From the NCBI GenBank assembly GCA_976551045.1, contig CDPCPM010000026.1, positions 6,696,001 through 6,760,000 of the forward strand: a stretch of 64,000 bases of DNA, written 5' to 3'. The translations under genes and the position numbers were made by a program. Below the pieces are notes generated by a model, which worked only from the letters and a program-made list of their open reading frames with translations, had not been told where the DNA came from and made no database searches. Source of the stretch: Glaucostegus cemiculus (lineage: Eukaryota). Below are positions 24,640 to 35,400 of the stretch, piece by piece. Positions within the stretch are counted from its first letter, which is position 1, and each line of letters begins with the position of its first letter.

Positions 24640-24965
24640 TGTGACATGTGGTCCATCAATATCATAGTACATATGAAAATTTGATAGCTAATTTGTGCAC
24701 AGCAAGCATCCACAAAGAGGAAGATGTTAGTGATTGAACTGAGGAATAAATATTGGCCAGGGATGACCCCTTCTTCTAGACTTTGAAATAATGCTGCAGG
24801 ATTTTGTACACACACTTGAGAGGCTAAAGGAGTCTCAGCTTAACATTTCATCTGAAGGATGGCATCTCCAACAGTGCAGCACTCCCTGAGTTACCACTGA
24901 AGTGCCAGGATAGATTCTTGTGAATCTACAGCCTTCTGACTCAAAAGAGAGAGCATTATCGAAGC
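24640..24965 (-). mobile_element. Deu-domain SINE (SacSINE1/AmnSINE1-like)
   Basis: Reverse strand GGGAGTGCTGCACTGTTGGAGATGCCATCCTTCAGATGAAATGTTAAG...CCTGGCCAATATTTATTCCTCA matches the Deu central domain. Confidence 0.8.
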
Positions 24966-25779
24966 TGGCAATTTAATCGTTCAGCCACTGTTTTGCTAAT
25001 ATAGGTAAAAAGGAGTAAACATTACATTTAAATTGGAACTGGGAATTTGTTTCTACCTGTTCTCATCTGTTTCACTGCCCGTGGGCATCCTTGCTTTAAA
25101 CAACTGAAAATTACTTTAAAAAGACTAGGCAAAACAGCTGCTAGTTACATTGGGGTATAGCAATCAGTTTGGTGGCTTTTATAAAAAAATGTTTGTTCAA
25201 AATGTTTTTCTTGGTGTGTTTGCACCCAGAAAGAGCCAACTAATCTTTAAGTGGATAATAGTATTGATTGTGGGGATGGTTGGGAAGTGGTGGGGTAGTA
25301 TGGTGGTTTAAAGGATGGGGACAGATTCTAGTGTAACCTTGTGAGGATCAGCACAAAACTTTGTACACACTCAATTTGCGCCAAACATAATTTGCACTTG
25401 AATTTCTGCAATCTTTTGCAGTCATTTTGCCAAGTTGAGGTGAATAACACTGACAAAACCAGTGCAATCAAGCAGAAGCTCCCTGTCCATTATTTAAAAC
25501 AAAATGTATATTTGACTGGAAGTAGCATCACCTCTGATTATCTTTCTCAAATTGCCATCAATTATATCTTATGCTATTATAAACAATCAATGCTTATATA
25601 CCCAAGACTACCATCTTGTACATAATAACAGACTGAAGCACTCTAAAAGAAGCCATTAGACATACCAAACTGTGGACCTTCTCACACTATCTTGAGTACA
25701 GAAGATAACAACTACTCCAAAAAATTTTCAGGCACAAAGTGCTGAAAGACCTTCACTGTGGCTAATACCAGAAATGGGG

Positions 25780-25990
25780 ATAAAAACAGAAAGTGCTGGA
25801 AATAATCAGCAGCTCAGGCATCAGCTGTACAGATAGAGGCGGAGTTAATGTTATGGGTTGAGGATCTTCCATCAGAACAAGGAAAGGTTAGAAATCAAAC
25901 ATGTTTTAAGTTGCAGAGAAGGGGAAGGGCTGGAGAGGAAAATGAAAATGTGATGACTGAGGTTGGTGAAGGCTTGAAAATCACAATTGA
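25780..25990. mobile_element. Penelope-type terminal fragment
   Basis: TAAAAACAGAAAGTGCTGGAAATAATCAGCAGCTCAGGCATC...GAGTTAATGTT...CTTCCATCAGAAC followed by a purine-rich segment. Same motif as 14426. Confidence 0.65.
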
Positions 25991-26187
25991 TCTGTCTGGA
26001 AGAGATGTAAATAGGAGGAAATGAATGGAAATGAGGAGGGAGTAAAATTGTGGATTGGGATTTTTTTCTCCAGTTACTGTATGACCAGGCCAATTGGCAC
26101 TTAAAGCCTGCTCCACTGTTCAATATGAACATGGCTGATCATCCAAGCTAAGTACTCTGCTCCCTGTATAGGGCCTGTACTGTGCTG

Positions 26188-26464
26188 TAGTGTTATATAT
26201 TCTATGTAGTCTTACAAAGGCCCTGTACAATTCCAGTAAGACATTTCTGTTCCTGTACTCAAACCCTCTTGTAACATTGGCCAATGTACAATTTGCCTTC
26301 TTAGCTACCTGCTGCAACTGCATGGTTACTTTCAATTGGTGCAAAAGGACACCCAGGTCTCATTGCAGCTCCGCTTGTCCTAATCTATTGCCATTCAGAT
26401 AATAATCTGCCTACCTCCTTTTGCCACCAATGTAGATAACTCGCAGATAACCAATGTGGATAAC
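26188..26464 (-). mobile_element. CR1 internal ORF2 fragment
   Basis: ORF 26120-26344 QLQQVAKKANCTLANVTRGFEYRNRNVLLELYRAFVRLH resembles CR1 'QVxxAVKKANxMLxFIxRGxEYxSxxVLLxLYRALVRPH'. Confidence 0.85.
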
Positions 26465-27679
26465 ATTTTTGGATGCTATTGAGAGTTTGATAGGACTTGC
26501 TAATGTTATTTCCCTCCTGTTCTCACCAAAATTTTTCCACTTTCTTTGTGTCATTGTTTGGTTGGATTGTGGAGAAGGGAGCACATGTGATTAGAAGGTG
26601 GTCATGTGTGCATAAGTAAACTTTCTGCATTGACATTTATACGTTTACAAGCTTAGCTGTCACACCACTTTTATTTAAAAAATAAAGTGGCCAGGAAAAA
26701 CTTACTTTCATTATTTTATGAACTCTAAAGGCACAGGAGAATGCCAGAGTAAAGTGCTGCAAATCCCTTCATTTTTGTGGAAATGTTTAAGGTGGTATTT
26801 CAACATATTATCTGTTTACCCAGGAGAAAAGTTCACAGGTACTAATGTCAAAGGTGGGCACAGGCACATTGGATTAGGAGAATCTCTCAGAAAATATCTT
26901 GAGTTTAACATGGAAGCTTTGCTTAACTGATATAAAATACTCTTTGACCTTATGTGCACTTCTATTATGTTTACTAAATGCCTGTCAGTGATGAGAGTGG
27001 CTCCTGAGACCCAGTACCTGTATATCTAGACAACTGGCTGATAAGAGCTTCCTTCCGGGAATCTGTCAAGACAGCCACCAGCAACATTTGAACCTTCTGG
27101 GAACCTGCGCTACATTGTAAGCATAGAAAAGTACAAGTTTGAGACATTGCAGAACTTATGCTTTATATGAATAATTGCATTGCCGCTGGTGACATTCAAT
27201 GTCTGAGCTGTGAGATCCAGGTGCTCTATTGTGATGGGATCCCAACTCAGATAATACTAGCCATGTTGCACCAGTCAATGTAAATGTCTTCAAAGGGTCT
27301 TGGTAGCTGAAACTTTTCACACAGTGCTGAAAAATCAAATGTTCTCAGCGGAGAGTAACTACACCCTCCCTTCTTTTACCACTGCCCTCCTCACAAGTAG
27401 GTAAAGGAATTATTATAAGTTATCTATTTCTTCTATAACAGTTACCAACATCTTGCTTCATGATTCAGAAGGCAAAACCCATATTTCTTGGTAGGTTATC
27501 AAAATCTGTATATGTTCCCCCTTTCATAGATCATTCAAAATGGTTCACCGTTTTTGATATAAGAAAATGGTACCCATTCTTTCAAAGCTTGAAAGCAGTG
27601 AGTTAAAGTGCATGAAGGTTTGCAGGCTAGAACAGAGACCTGGGACCCTGACTATTAGGGGCCCAATTTCTTACTTTAT

Positions 27680-27900
27680 ATTTTAAACTGATAAGGGTTT
27701 TAAAATCAGGGAATTTTGCTGGAACAGCTCAGGACATCCTGGCTGAAGGGTCAGTCAGTAACCGGAGGACATATTTAAAATATTGGCAGGAAACTATAAA
27801 CTTTGTTAGTCAGTGAGTTAAGAAGATCTGGAATATATTACCTGAAAGAGTGGGTGATGTAAGTTCAAAACTAAAATTGATTATTTACTTCCAAAGTTGG
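27680..27900 (+). mobile_element. CR1 degenerate fragment
   Basis: TTTAAACTGATAAGGGTT, ACCGGAGGACATA (TGGH) and ATCTGGAATATATTACCTGAAAGAGTG (IWNILPERV). Confidence 0.55.
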
Positions 27901-28019
27901 GACAGAGCAGGAAAGGGGACAGCTTATTCTGCAGCATGTTTGCACCAATTGGCATCCTGTGCTCCATGATCCTTGGGTCCATTTATTTAGTACTTTTGGT
28001 GCAGTCTCTTCTTTAGGGG

Positions 28020-28200
28020 GATGGAAGAATCAGCACTCATCCCAGCCTGGGAGGTTTCACTCTGCCATTTCTGCAGCAGGATATATTTTAGATTCCATTC
28101 GCACCACCTCACAACTTGGTCCATCAAGGCACTTCCCCAGCTATGACGTTTTCACTGGAGGCTTCCAAGTCATGGTTGCTGATGAGCACAAATTTGAGTT
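28020..28200 (+). pseudogene. PIF/Harbinger transposase N-terminal remnant
   Basis: LCH..LQQD followed by VFTGGFQVMVAD (ORF 27959-28231) resembles Harbinger 'LCxLLxxDL...FxATGSFQxxxGD'. Confidence 0.45.
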
Positions 28201-28435
28201 TTCTGGGACTGAGGGTTGGAGCAGTGTGTAAAGTACCACTCTTTTCCCTCTTTGTCTCTAAGTTAGGTCCTCCAAGGCTAAAGGTCAAATGTCAAACTTC
28301 AGATAATATTTGAAGATTTTTTTCATAAGAAAACATAAGTCCAGATAGCAAGTTGTACATTGTGAATATGATGGATTGACCCTTGCTGCTTATCTGTATG
28401 TGACCATATGCAGGAGAGTTGGTGGTAGAACAAAT

Positions 28436-28545
28436 TGCAAAAAAAACCTGCAGAGGCTGTAATCTGAAACAAAAGCGAAAATGCTGAAATAAACAGTAGA
28501 CCAAGCAGCATCCATAGAAAGAGAAGGCCCTTCATCAGAACTGAC
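28436..28545. mobile_element. Penelope-type terminal fragment
   Basis: CTGCAGAGGCTGTAATCTGAAACAAAAGCGAAAATGCTGAAAT...GCAGCATCCATAGAAAGAGAA-GGCCCTTCATCAGAACTG. Confidence 0.65.
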
Positions 28546-28549
28546 TATT

Positions 28550-28935
28550 GAGCCCATCTCTCCATGAATGCAATTCAAAAATGCGCTCATTGTTGCCCTC
28601 TCTTTCTCAAAACTCTGTGCTCTCCCATTTGTTTTCTAAGTGCTTATATGTAAAGAGCTTTGTTTCAACCACTTTCTGGAGCAAAACATTCCATCCATCA
28701 GCTGAGCAAAGATACTTTTTCTAAACTGTTTTCTCACTCTCCTTAGGCCAATTTTAAATTAATAACTTCTTGTCACAAACTCCTCAACTAGAGAAAAAAG
28801 CCTTTTCCAATGCACTCTATAATTTTAAAATCTCCATTACATTTCTTCACAGATTTCTAGGCTCCAGAGGAAATAAGACAATATTTCAGGCTTGTCTTCA
28901 AAACTCCACTTTCTCATCCCAGTGATCACTCTGGT
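28550..28935 (-). mobile_element. CR1 very degenerate 3' fragment
   Basis: GTTTCAACCACTTTCTG...ACATTCCA, then ATTTTAAATT and TATAATTTTAAAATCTCC, parallel the other minus-strand CR1 3' copies. Confidence 0.45.
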
Positions 28936-30375
28936 GAGTCTGGGCAGTATGTTTCCTTTAATATAATCAGATGCTGAAAATTATTCACAGGAATCCAGTT
29001 GAGGCTTACTCTGCATTTTTCTACATCTTCACTGTTGTTTCTTTTTATCCTTGCACACTGTAAACAAAAATATGCTTGGAATTTATTTGGTATTAAACCA
29101 ACAATGTGCTGTACAGAGGAATCCAGGAAATTCAGTACAAATAGAACAAAAAAAAAGCAACTCAAAATAGTATTCAAAATTGTCTCACCTGAAATAGTTA
29201 CAAATTCATTGTCACTTTAATTCCAGTCACCAGACGGTAAATCCTTATATGGCAGCAATGTCAGCCAAGCTGCTCTATTGAATTGTATTTGGATATTCTC
29301 AAGATGTCTTACATGTCAGTGGCGGATTTATGTGACCGCAAAGAGTTTGAGATATCGCATCCTAAAACTTATACCCATTGCAGTGAAACTGTATTACTTT
29401 ATAAATATTGTATAATGGCTAATATAAATAATTTCTTCATGTCAGAGCAGATTTTGATAGTATTTAATGTTAGTAAGTACATTCAGTCGTCTACATTTAT
29501 TAACATTTATGGAATATTTAAATCTGCATTTTCAGAAGAATGAGACGTTGGTTCTCACTTCTCTTTGTGTATTTTCAAAATGAACACTGAATCTGCCATT
29601 CACTTTATTGTCATTCTCTTTCCCTCATAAGGTAATGGAGCACTTGAGTATCATCATTAGCATGATATTGGCTGTGCTTCTATTCACAATAATTCTGCAT
29701 ACTGAACTGAGAAAAGCCTCTAATGTCCCAGAGTCTGTCTCCTTGTTAATTTGACCATTTGTTTGATTTTTGGTACAAAGAAATGAAGGAATATGATGAG
29801 ATCATGATATTTTAAGTCAATATTTATTAAAAAATCAATCTAGATGAAAATCTGCCCATCCCTCTAATTAGATGAGGCAACTAGAGGTCGATGTTTAATT
29901 GCAAAAGTAATTACATGGAGCAGATAGCCAGTGACATTTGATTATCTAGTTGATTGATTAAAAAGCCTACCTCATGGAACAGATTGTCAGCTATGGGATT
30001 CAAGACAATAGAGCAAATAAAAAAGTTGTCCTGTTAGCAATCATGAATTTCAAGGATGAAATTAAAGGAACTAAACACCTTCCAATCTTTTTAACCACAG
30101 ACATGCAAGTTAAGCAGTTGCATGACTGGGATACAGAAAAGGCTTGAGCTTCGATATTTCAGGGAATGATGGACTGTTGGAAATGGAATAACATCTGGAG
30201 GGAAAGAGAGAAGATTTATCAAATTACATTCATTCATATTAAATGTAGAGATTCTGGATTTTCTATTGTTATGTGTCCCTAATCAATGCTATTACCAACA
30301 CCATCCCCTCTCCCTTCTTCATGCTCATTTGCGTCTTCCCACCAACCAACCAATGTAGTCTTCCCACCCCTGCAG

Positions 30376-30438
30376 GCGCGCGCACACACACACACAGAGG
30401 AACAAATGAATGAATACACGCACGCACGCGCACACACG

Positions 30439-30481
<43 letters not shown>
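30376..30481. repeat. Compound (GC)n/(CA)n/(CACG)n microsatellite
   Basis: GCGCGCGC(AC)n at 30376-30396 and an alternating purine-pyrimidine tract at 30415-30481. Confidence 0.97.
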
Positions 30482-30483
<2 letters not shown>

Positions 30484-33400
30484 CTTTTAAACAAAGAACA
30501 CCAATCTTATTAATTAGATAAGGTCTGCCTGCTGTCCATTGTTATTGACTGCAACTACATGTTTGATAATAGTTCCTGACAACAACTCCTTTATCTGCTT
30601 ATCTATTTGTATGGGATGTTTATAAGATGCATACAAGTACTGTTACCATAAGCTGGTGTAGAAGTCTAGTCTGCAGTGCTGAGTGATGATAGAAATTGAA
30701 GTTTAGGCACATATACTTTACAATATAACATAATATGGCTTACATATGAAACAGGTAAGATCATTTGAACCAATTCAGTGTCTTAAAGTATTATTTACCT
30801 TGAGGATGTACATATTGGCTTAAGCTGCATAGGCCCCAGGCCCCTACAACAACTGTTGTAGTTTCCAAAATGCTTGTAAATTGTCACATATGTGCCTCAC
30901 AGCATCAGGCTGTTTCCTCTGCAGGCAAACACAAAGCAGCAGGACTTATTAAATTTCTATGAAGTTTACCAAATTTGCAGGATCAGTGGGGTGGGCCCAA
31001 CAGGGAGGCTCTCCCACTGCCTCCAGCACCTTTGAAGCAGCTGATGGTCCTGATACTTAGCATTCTGCTGATATTACACTACTGAACCCATCCAGTTAAT
31101 CTCTGCAGCAAAGATTAGTTTATTCGATTAATGTTGTTCCATAGGGACATTCTTGGTTACTCCCTGGAAGGCCTCAAGTGTATCTTATTGTAACCTTTTC
31201 CTGACTAAAAGGGTTCAGAACAATATTTTTTTTCTTTCCTTTTATATGATTGAAAAATAAATTGAAAATGTATTTCTGTTAAAGCCAAGGTTTTAAATAT
31301 GAGATAAAGGTCAGTACCCCAAGGACTTCTCTTTTTTTAAGAACAATAAAAACATAATTGTGTTTCCTGTAAAATCTCATGTTAATGCCAGAGTTCTGCC
31401 AACCCTACCTACCTGTTTCCAAATCACCATAGGCCTTTGAAGTAAGATGATTTATTTATTTTATAAGAGCGCAAACCCAGATTGAGAAAATTATAGTATA
31501 TTTTTCCATGAAATAAAAAAAAACTGTGTTCCTACCCAACACAACGCAAAGTTTTTTTTTATACAGCATTTTAAACTGTAGCTGGCAACAAAATCACCAG
31601 AATGACAATTAGAGACAGTTACAGTTAGTCTCTCTCACCAGGGGATCAAACTGAACTATTGACAATTGACATTCTGTGCTTTTATCTAAAGCCACTTCCA
31701 TACACAAAACAAGCCTCCCAAACCACATCATCCTATGTTTTTGTAAAATGAAATCGGCTCAGAACTTCACAACAGATATTGAATCTCAGAACCCAAGTGA
31801 AACAACAGAATTTTACAAAGAACAGAAATGTGGACAGAGAACCTGATGAAGACATGGTTGTTGTATTCCTAAATACAGACATGTGTTTAATAAATAAATC
31901 TTCATCAATTAATAAATCTTTATGACTAATGAATGTGAATAAGTATAAAATTAAAACTAGGTTGGTTAACCATGAATCCAAAAAAATTCTTGACCTAAAT
32001 GCTTTGTGAGAAGGCAGAGAATAATGCCCAATGAGAAGAAAGCATACTTAATTGAGATGTTTAAAAGGGGACACATGCATTCATATAGTGGAAATATTAA
32101 AATATATGATTAAAATGAGGAAATCGATGATAAATGCAAAATTATGTCTTGGTTGATAAAATGATAGACTGGGTTCAAAGGACTGAATGGCCAAGTTCTT
32201 AAGATATGTCAAAGGCTTAGATTTTCATATGCATCCCAATTCCCTGAGCATTCTACTTTTTTGTATAACATATTATACATTTCTTTTAATTGGCAAATTC
32301 TAAAAAAAATTCCATCTTGATTTTTACTCATCTGAAGATGTCCATAATATGTATGGGTCATGTAGAAGTACTAGACTGAACTTTGTTTGCTTTGAATTTA
32401 TCACACATTAAAATGTGATGCACAGTTGTCAGATCAGCAGTGCTTTTAGTTTACTTCCAGAATATTTTCACTTCAGAGTCACTTTAATTATGTTTCTGTC
32501 ATATTGTAAGAGTATATTTTTCCAAATATTATCCATATTTTCTGTACTGTTACAATTGAAGGGCTTTGGCTTTAAGTTATTTTAACCAGAGATTACCTCA
32601 TTTTCCTATGGAAATAATATTTTGTAAGGTTTGTAACAAATTCATGCAACTTTGAATGGTTCACTAACTCTTAATAATTATGCAAAATATTTTAAGAAAA
32701 TGCTATCAGTGCATATTCAGTGTTTACAGTGTATTTTGTAACATGCTATTATACTACAAAAAGACAAGCAAGCAGTCCAATCACATTCAAAAGCAGGTTC
32801 CTAAAGCTAATTAACAAATGGTTAGTAAATTATACCAGCAGATAACAAATTATAGAATATTAAGCATTAAGGTAGTCTGAACAAGGAGGAAATGAGCTCA
32901 AAAATAATTGAGACATGATGTATATTGAAATAGAATGTATAGAAGTTACAATAAGGAAACATGATATTTGACCCAACCAGACTATGTTAAAGAGTACATA
33001 GTTATAATTGCAATCTGGAGGGTGACTTGTAGTAATCCGATGGTTGGAAACTTGCTGAGGGAAGGAGGAATCTGGAAGAGGAGGTCAGAAGGGAAACATG
33101 GTGAAATGCATAGCATAGATAAGAAAAAACAAACAGAGTGACTGAAGAGGAGCAACATTAGAATGAATGAAAGGCCAGAGCCAGGCATTCATCTGTTTAC
33201 CTAATGGAAGCTGTGAATATAAAGGGAGATCGGTCGTGGCCAGAAGTGCTTCAGAGCTTCCACAAGGTATGCCAGAAAGTCTGCAGGTGTACCATTTTGA
33301 TATCTGGGCAGCCAAGCAAGATGGACTGTGAAATTTGCAATCTGCCATGAAAAGAGTGGCAATTCCCCAGGCATGTGCAGCGGATCCCCCAAAGACAGTG

Positions 33401-33760
33401 GACCAAAATCAAGCACTGCTTCTCCAGTGAATGCTCTTTCTCTATCACTGACACTGTGGATTCTAAATTGGACAAAGCCCCCTACTTTGTCTTGAAGAGC
33501 TTATGGGTAGCGATTGAGAAAAGAAATTAATGGCTAAGTCGCACTCCAGAAGTGTTTGCTCACAGTTTATTCTCACTTAGATCTCCTGCCATCCTCAATG
33601 GATGCATTGCTACCATAATATTCCAGAAGCAAGCATAGACAAGATGTATATCCCAGGATAATCTCATTTCCACTGAACGCAGTCAACCGATCTCAAAGGA
33701 TTTAAGAATTAATAGAATAATATAGGGGATGAGCCAATCACTGCGTATCAATACCAGGGG

Positions 33761-33860
33761 TATTTTCAGGTTTGTTTTATATTTGGTAGAATGAGGTAAA
33801 GGATTATCATTATTTTCAGGTTTGTTTTATATTTGGTAGAGTGAGGTAAAGACTTATCAA
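33761..33860. repeat. 50-bp tandem duplication (2 units)
   Basis: TATTTTCAGGTTTGTTTTATATTTGGTAGA(A/G)TGAGGTAAAG...TTATCA at 33761-33810 and 33811-33860, with 4 mismatches. Confidence 0.95.
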
Positions 33861-33919
33861 ACACTCACTTTAACAGCAATTCGCAAGGGATGAGGAGAAC
33901 CAACATTGCAGCATATGTG

Positions 33920-34130
33920 TTTTTTATTCATTTGTGTGTCGTGGCTGTTGCTGGCAAGCCCTGTGTTTGCTACTATGTCACTTACTATGCTTGAGAAGAG
34001 GTGATAATAGGCTTCTTGAGCCACTGTGGTTGACAGTATTACTGGATAGGGAGTTCAGGGATTTAGCCCCATTGATGATGAATGATCATTGATATATTTC
34101 CAAGTCAAGATGTGCCCATGGTGGAGGGAA
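33920..34130 (-). mobile_element. CR1-group LINE 3' end (TWKYI type)
   Basis: GGGAGTTCAGGGATTT...GATATATTTCCAAGTCAAGATG (reverse strand ILTWKYI). T-rich tail TTTTTTATTCATT at the left end. Confidence 0.6.
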
Positions 34131-34199
34131 TGAATACTTAGGATGGTCTATAGGTTGATGATGGGGTCTTGATGGTGCAATGGAGCAAAGGTAGTCCCA

Positions 34200-34600
34200 G
34201 TGCTGTTGCATAACCGTGGAGAGACACTATATGAAGACAGCATGAGTGAATATATTAAAAGAGGCAAAGTGGTGAGTAGAATGGGAATTAATGCAGAACT
34301 TTGCGGCAAAATTATGAAATGGAAGAGGTATCAACTAGATATTAGTGATTCAGCCAGGGAGTTGGAAGACAAATGAACGAAGGTCTGGGAGATGACCACT
34401 CATCTTAGAGAGAATGGAAACAAGGCAATAGTTTGAAAGAACAGTCTGTTCAAGGATTAATTTATTTTGTGGACAGGGTACAAGTGAAAGAGTGATGGTG
34501 AGAGTGTTTTTGAAATTAAAAGCAAGAATATCTATGCAGAAGGAAATGATTATAATGGCAATGAACAAGGGAACCAGAAAATGGGAAATGCAGTAGGATT
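34200..34600 (-). mobile_element. L2 reverse-transcriptase remnant
   Basis: ORF 34350-34568 FKNT...LEQTVLSNYCLVSILSK resembles L2 'FKxA...LDPxxLSNYRPISxLxxLSK'. Confidence 0.55.
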
Positions 34601-34779
34601 TAACAGAATTCAGTGTGACCTAAATCAAAAAGAACCTTTTTTACTGTGAATACAGTATTAACTTAGTCCTTGACTAAGCTCAAAGCTATTTCAGGGAGAT
34701 GAATTCTTTAGCAGAACTATTTAACATTTTAAAATCTCCTTTTTAAGAAAGCAAATTTGTATGAGGTGAATATTGCTAG

Positions 34780-35400
34780 CTGGAGATGGCGGTACAGCCT
34801 TGGAAACTTCTTCCTCTCGGACTTTTGCATTTGTGTTGTTGAACGTGGACCTCTGTGGCTTGTTGACTAACAGATGGCACTACATCTGTCACTACACTCC
34901 ACTGGAGTCTAATGGCGAACCCCAGACTTTCGGGACTCCCCGGTATTACACTGTGGAATTGCCACTCAGATCATGCCACAGAATGTAAGGCCCTATTGAT
35001 TTCAATGGTGATATTTGCTTGTGGGTTAGGAGACAGAAGGTAAGATTTTTAAAAATTATTTTACTTTATTTTAGTGGCTTAATTATTTCTAAGTTACTTA
35101 TGTGTTTTAAACATTTACAATTCTAAACACTTCTAATAATTTTACTTCAGTTTTATACCTTTTAAGCATACTTGCATATGAGAAACCTTAAACTTGTTAA
35201 AATCTATGACAGCCTTGGCAGGGTGAGTTCCATCCCTGTGGGGTTTCTAGACAATGCCACCTGAGGTCTTGCCATCGTCCGGAACCCAAAGCCCAAATCC
35301 AAGGTGTGGAAAGCCAGTGAGACTGAGCCTTCGTAAGCTGCCCAGGTCAGCTTGGGCATGCGGAAATTGCAGGTAGTGCTCCCACTCCTGCATGATCCAG
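34780..35400. repeat. Old unclassified element related (inverted) to 11172-11750
   Basis: GC-richer ends, T-rich core and CCCTATTGATTTCAATGG motif. Confidence 0.4.

Noticed and set aside
29243-29252. Perfect CArG box CCTTATATGG
   Set aside because: A few CC(A/T)6GG matches are expected by chance in 64 kb of AT-rich DNA, and there is no promoter context.
30269-30513. ORFs with CV/HT repeats
   Set aside because: These are translations of the (CA)n microsatellite.
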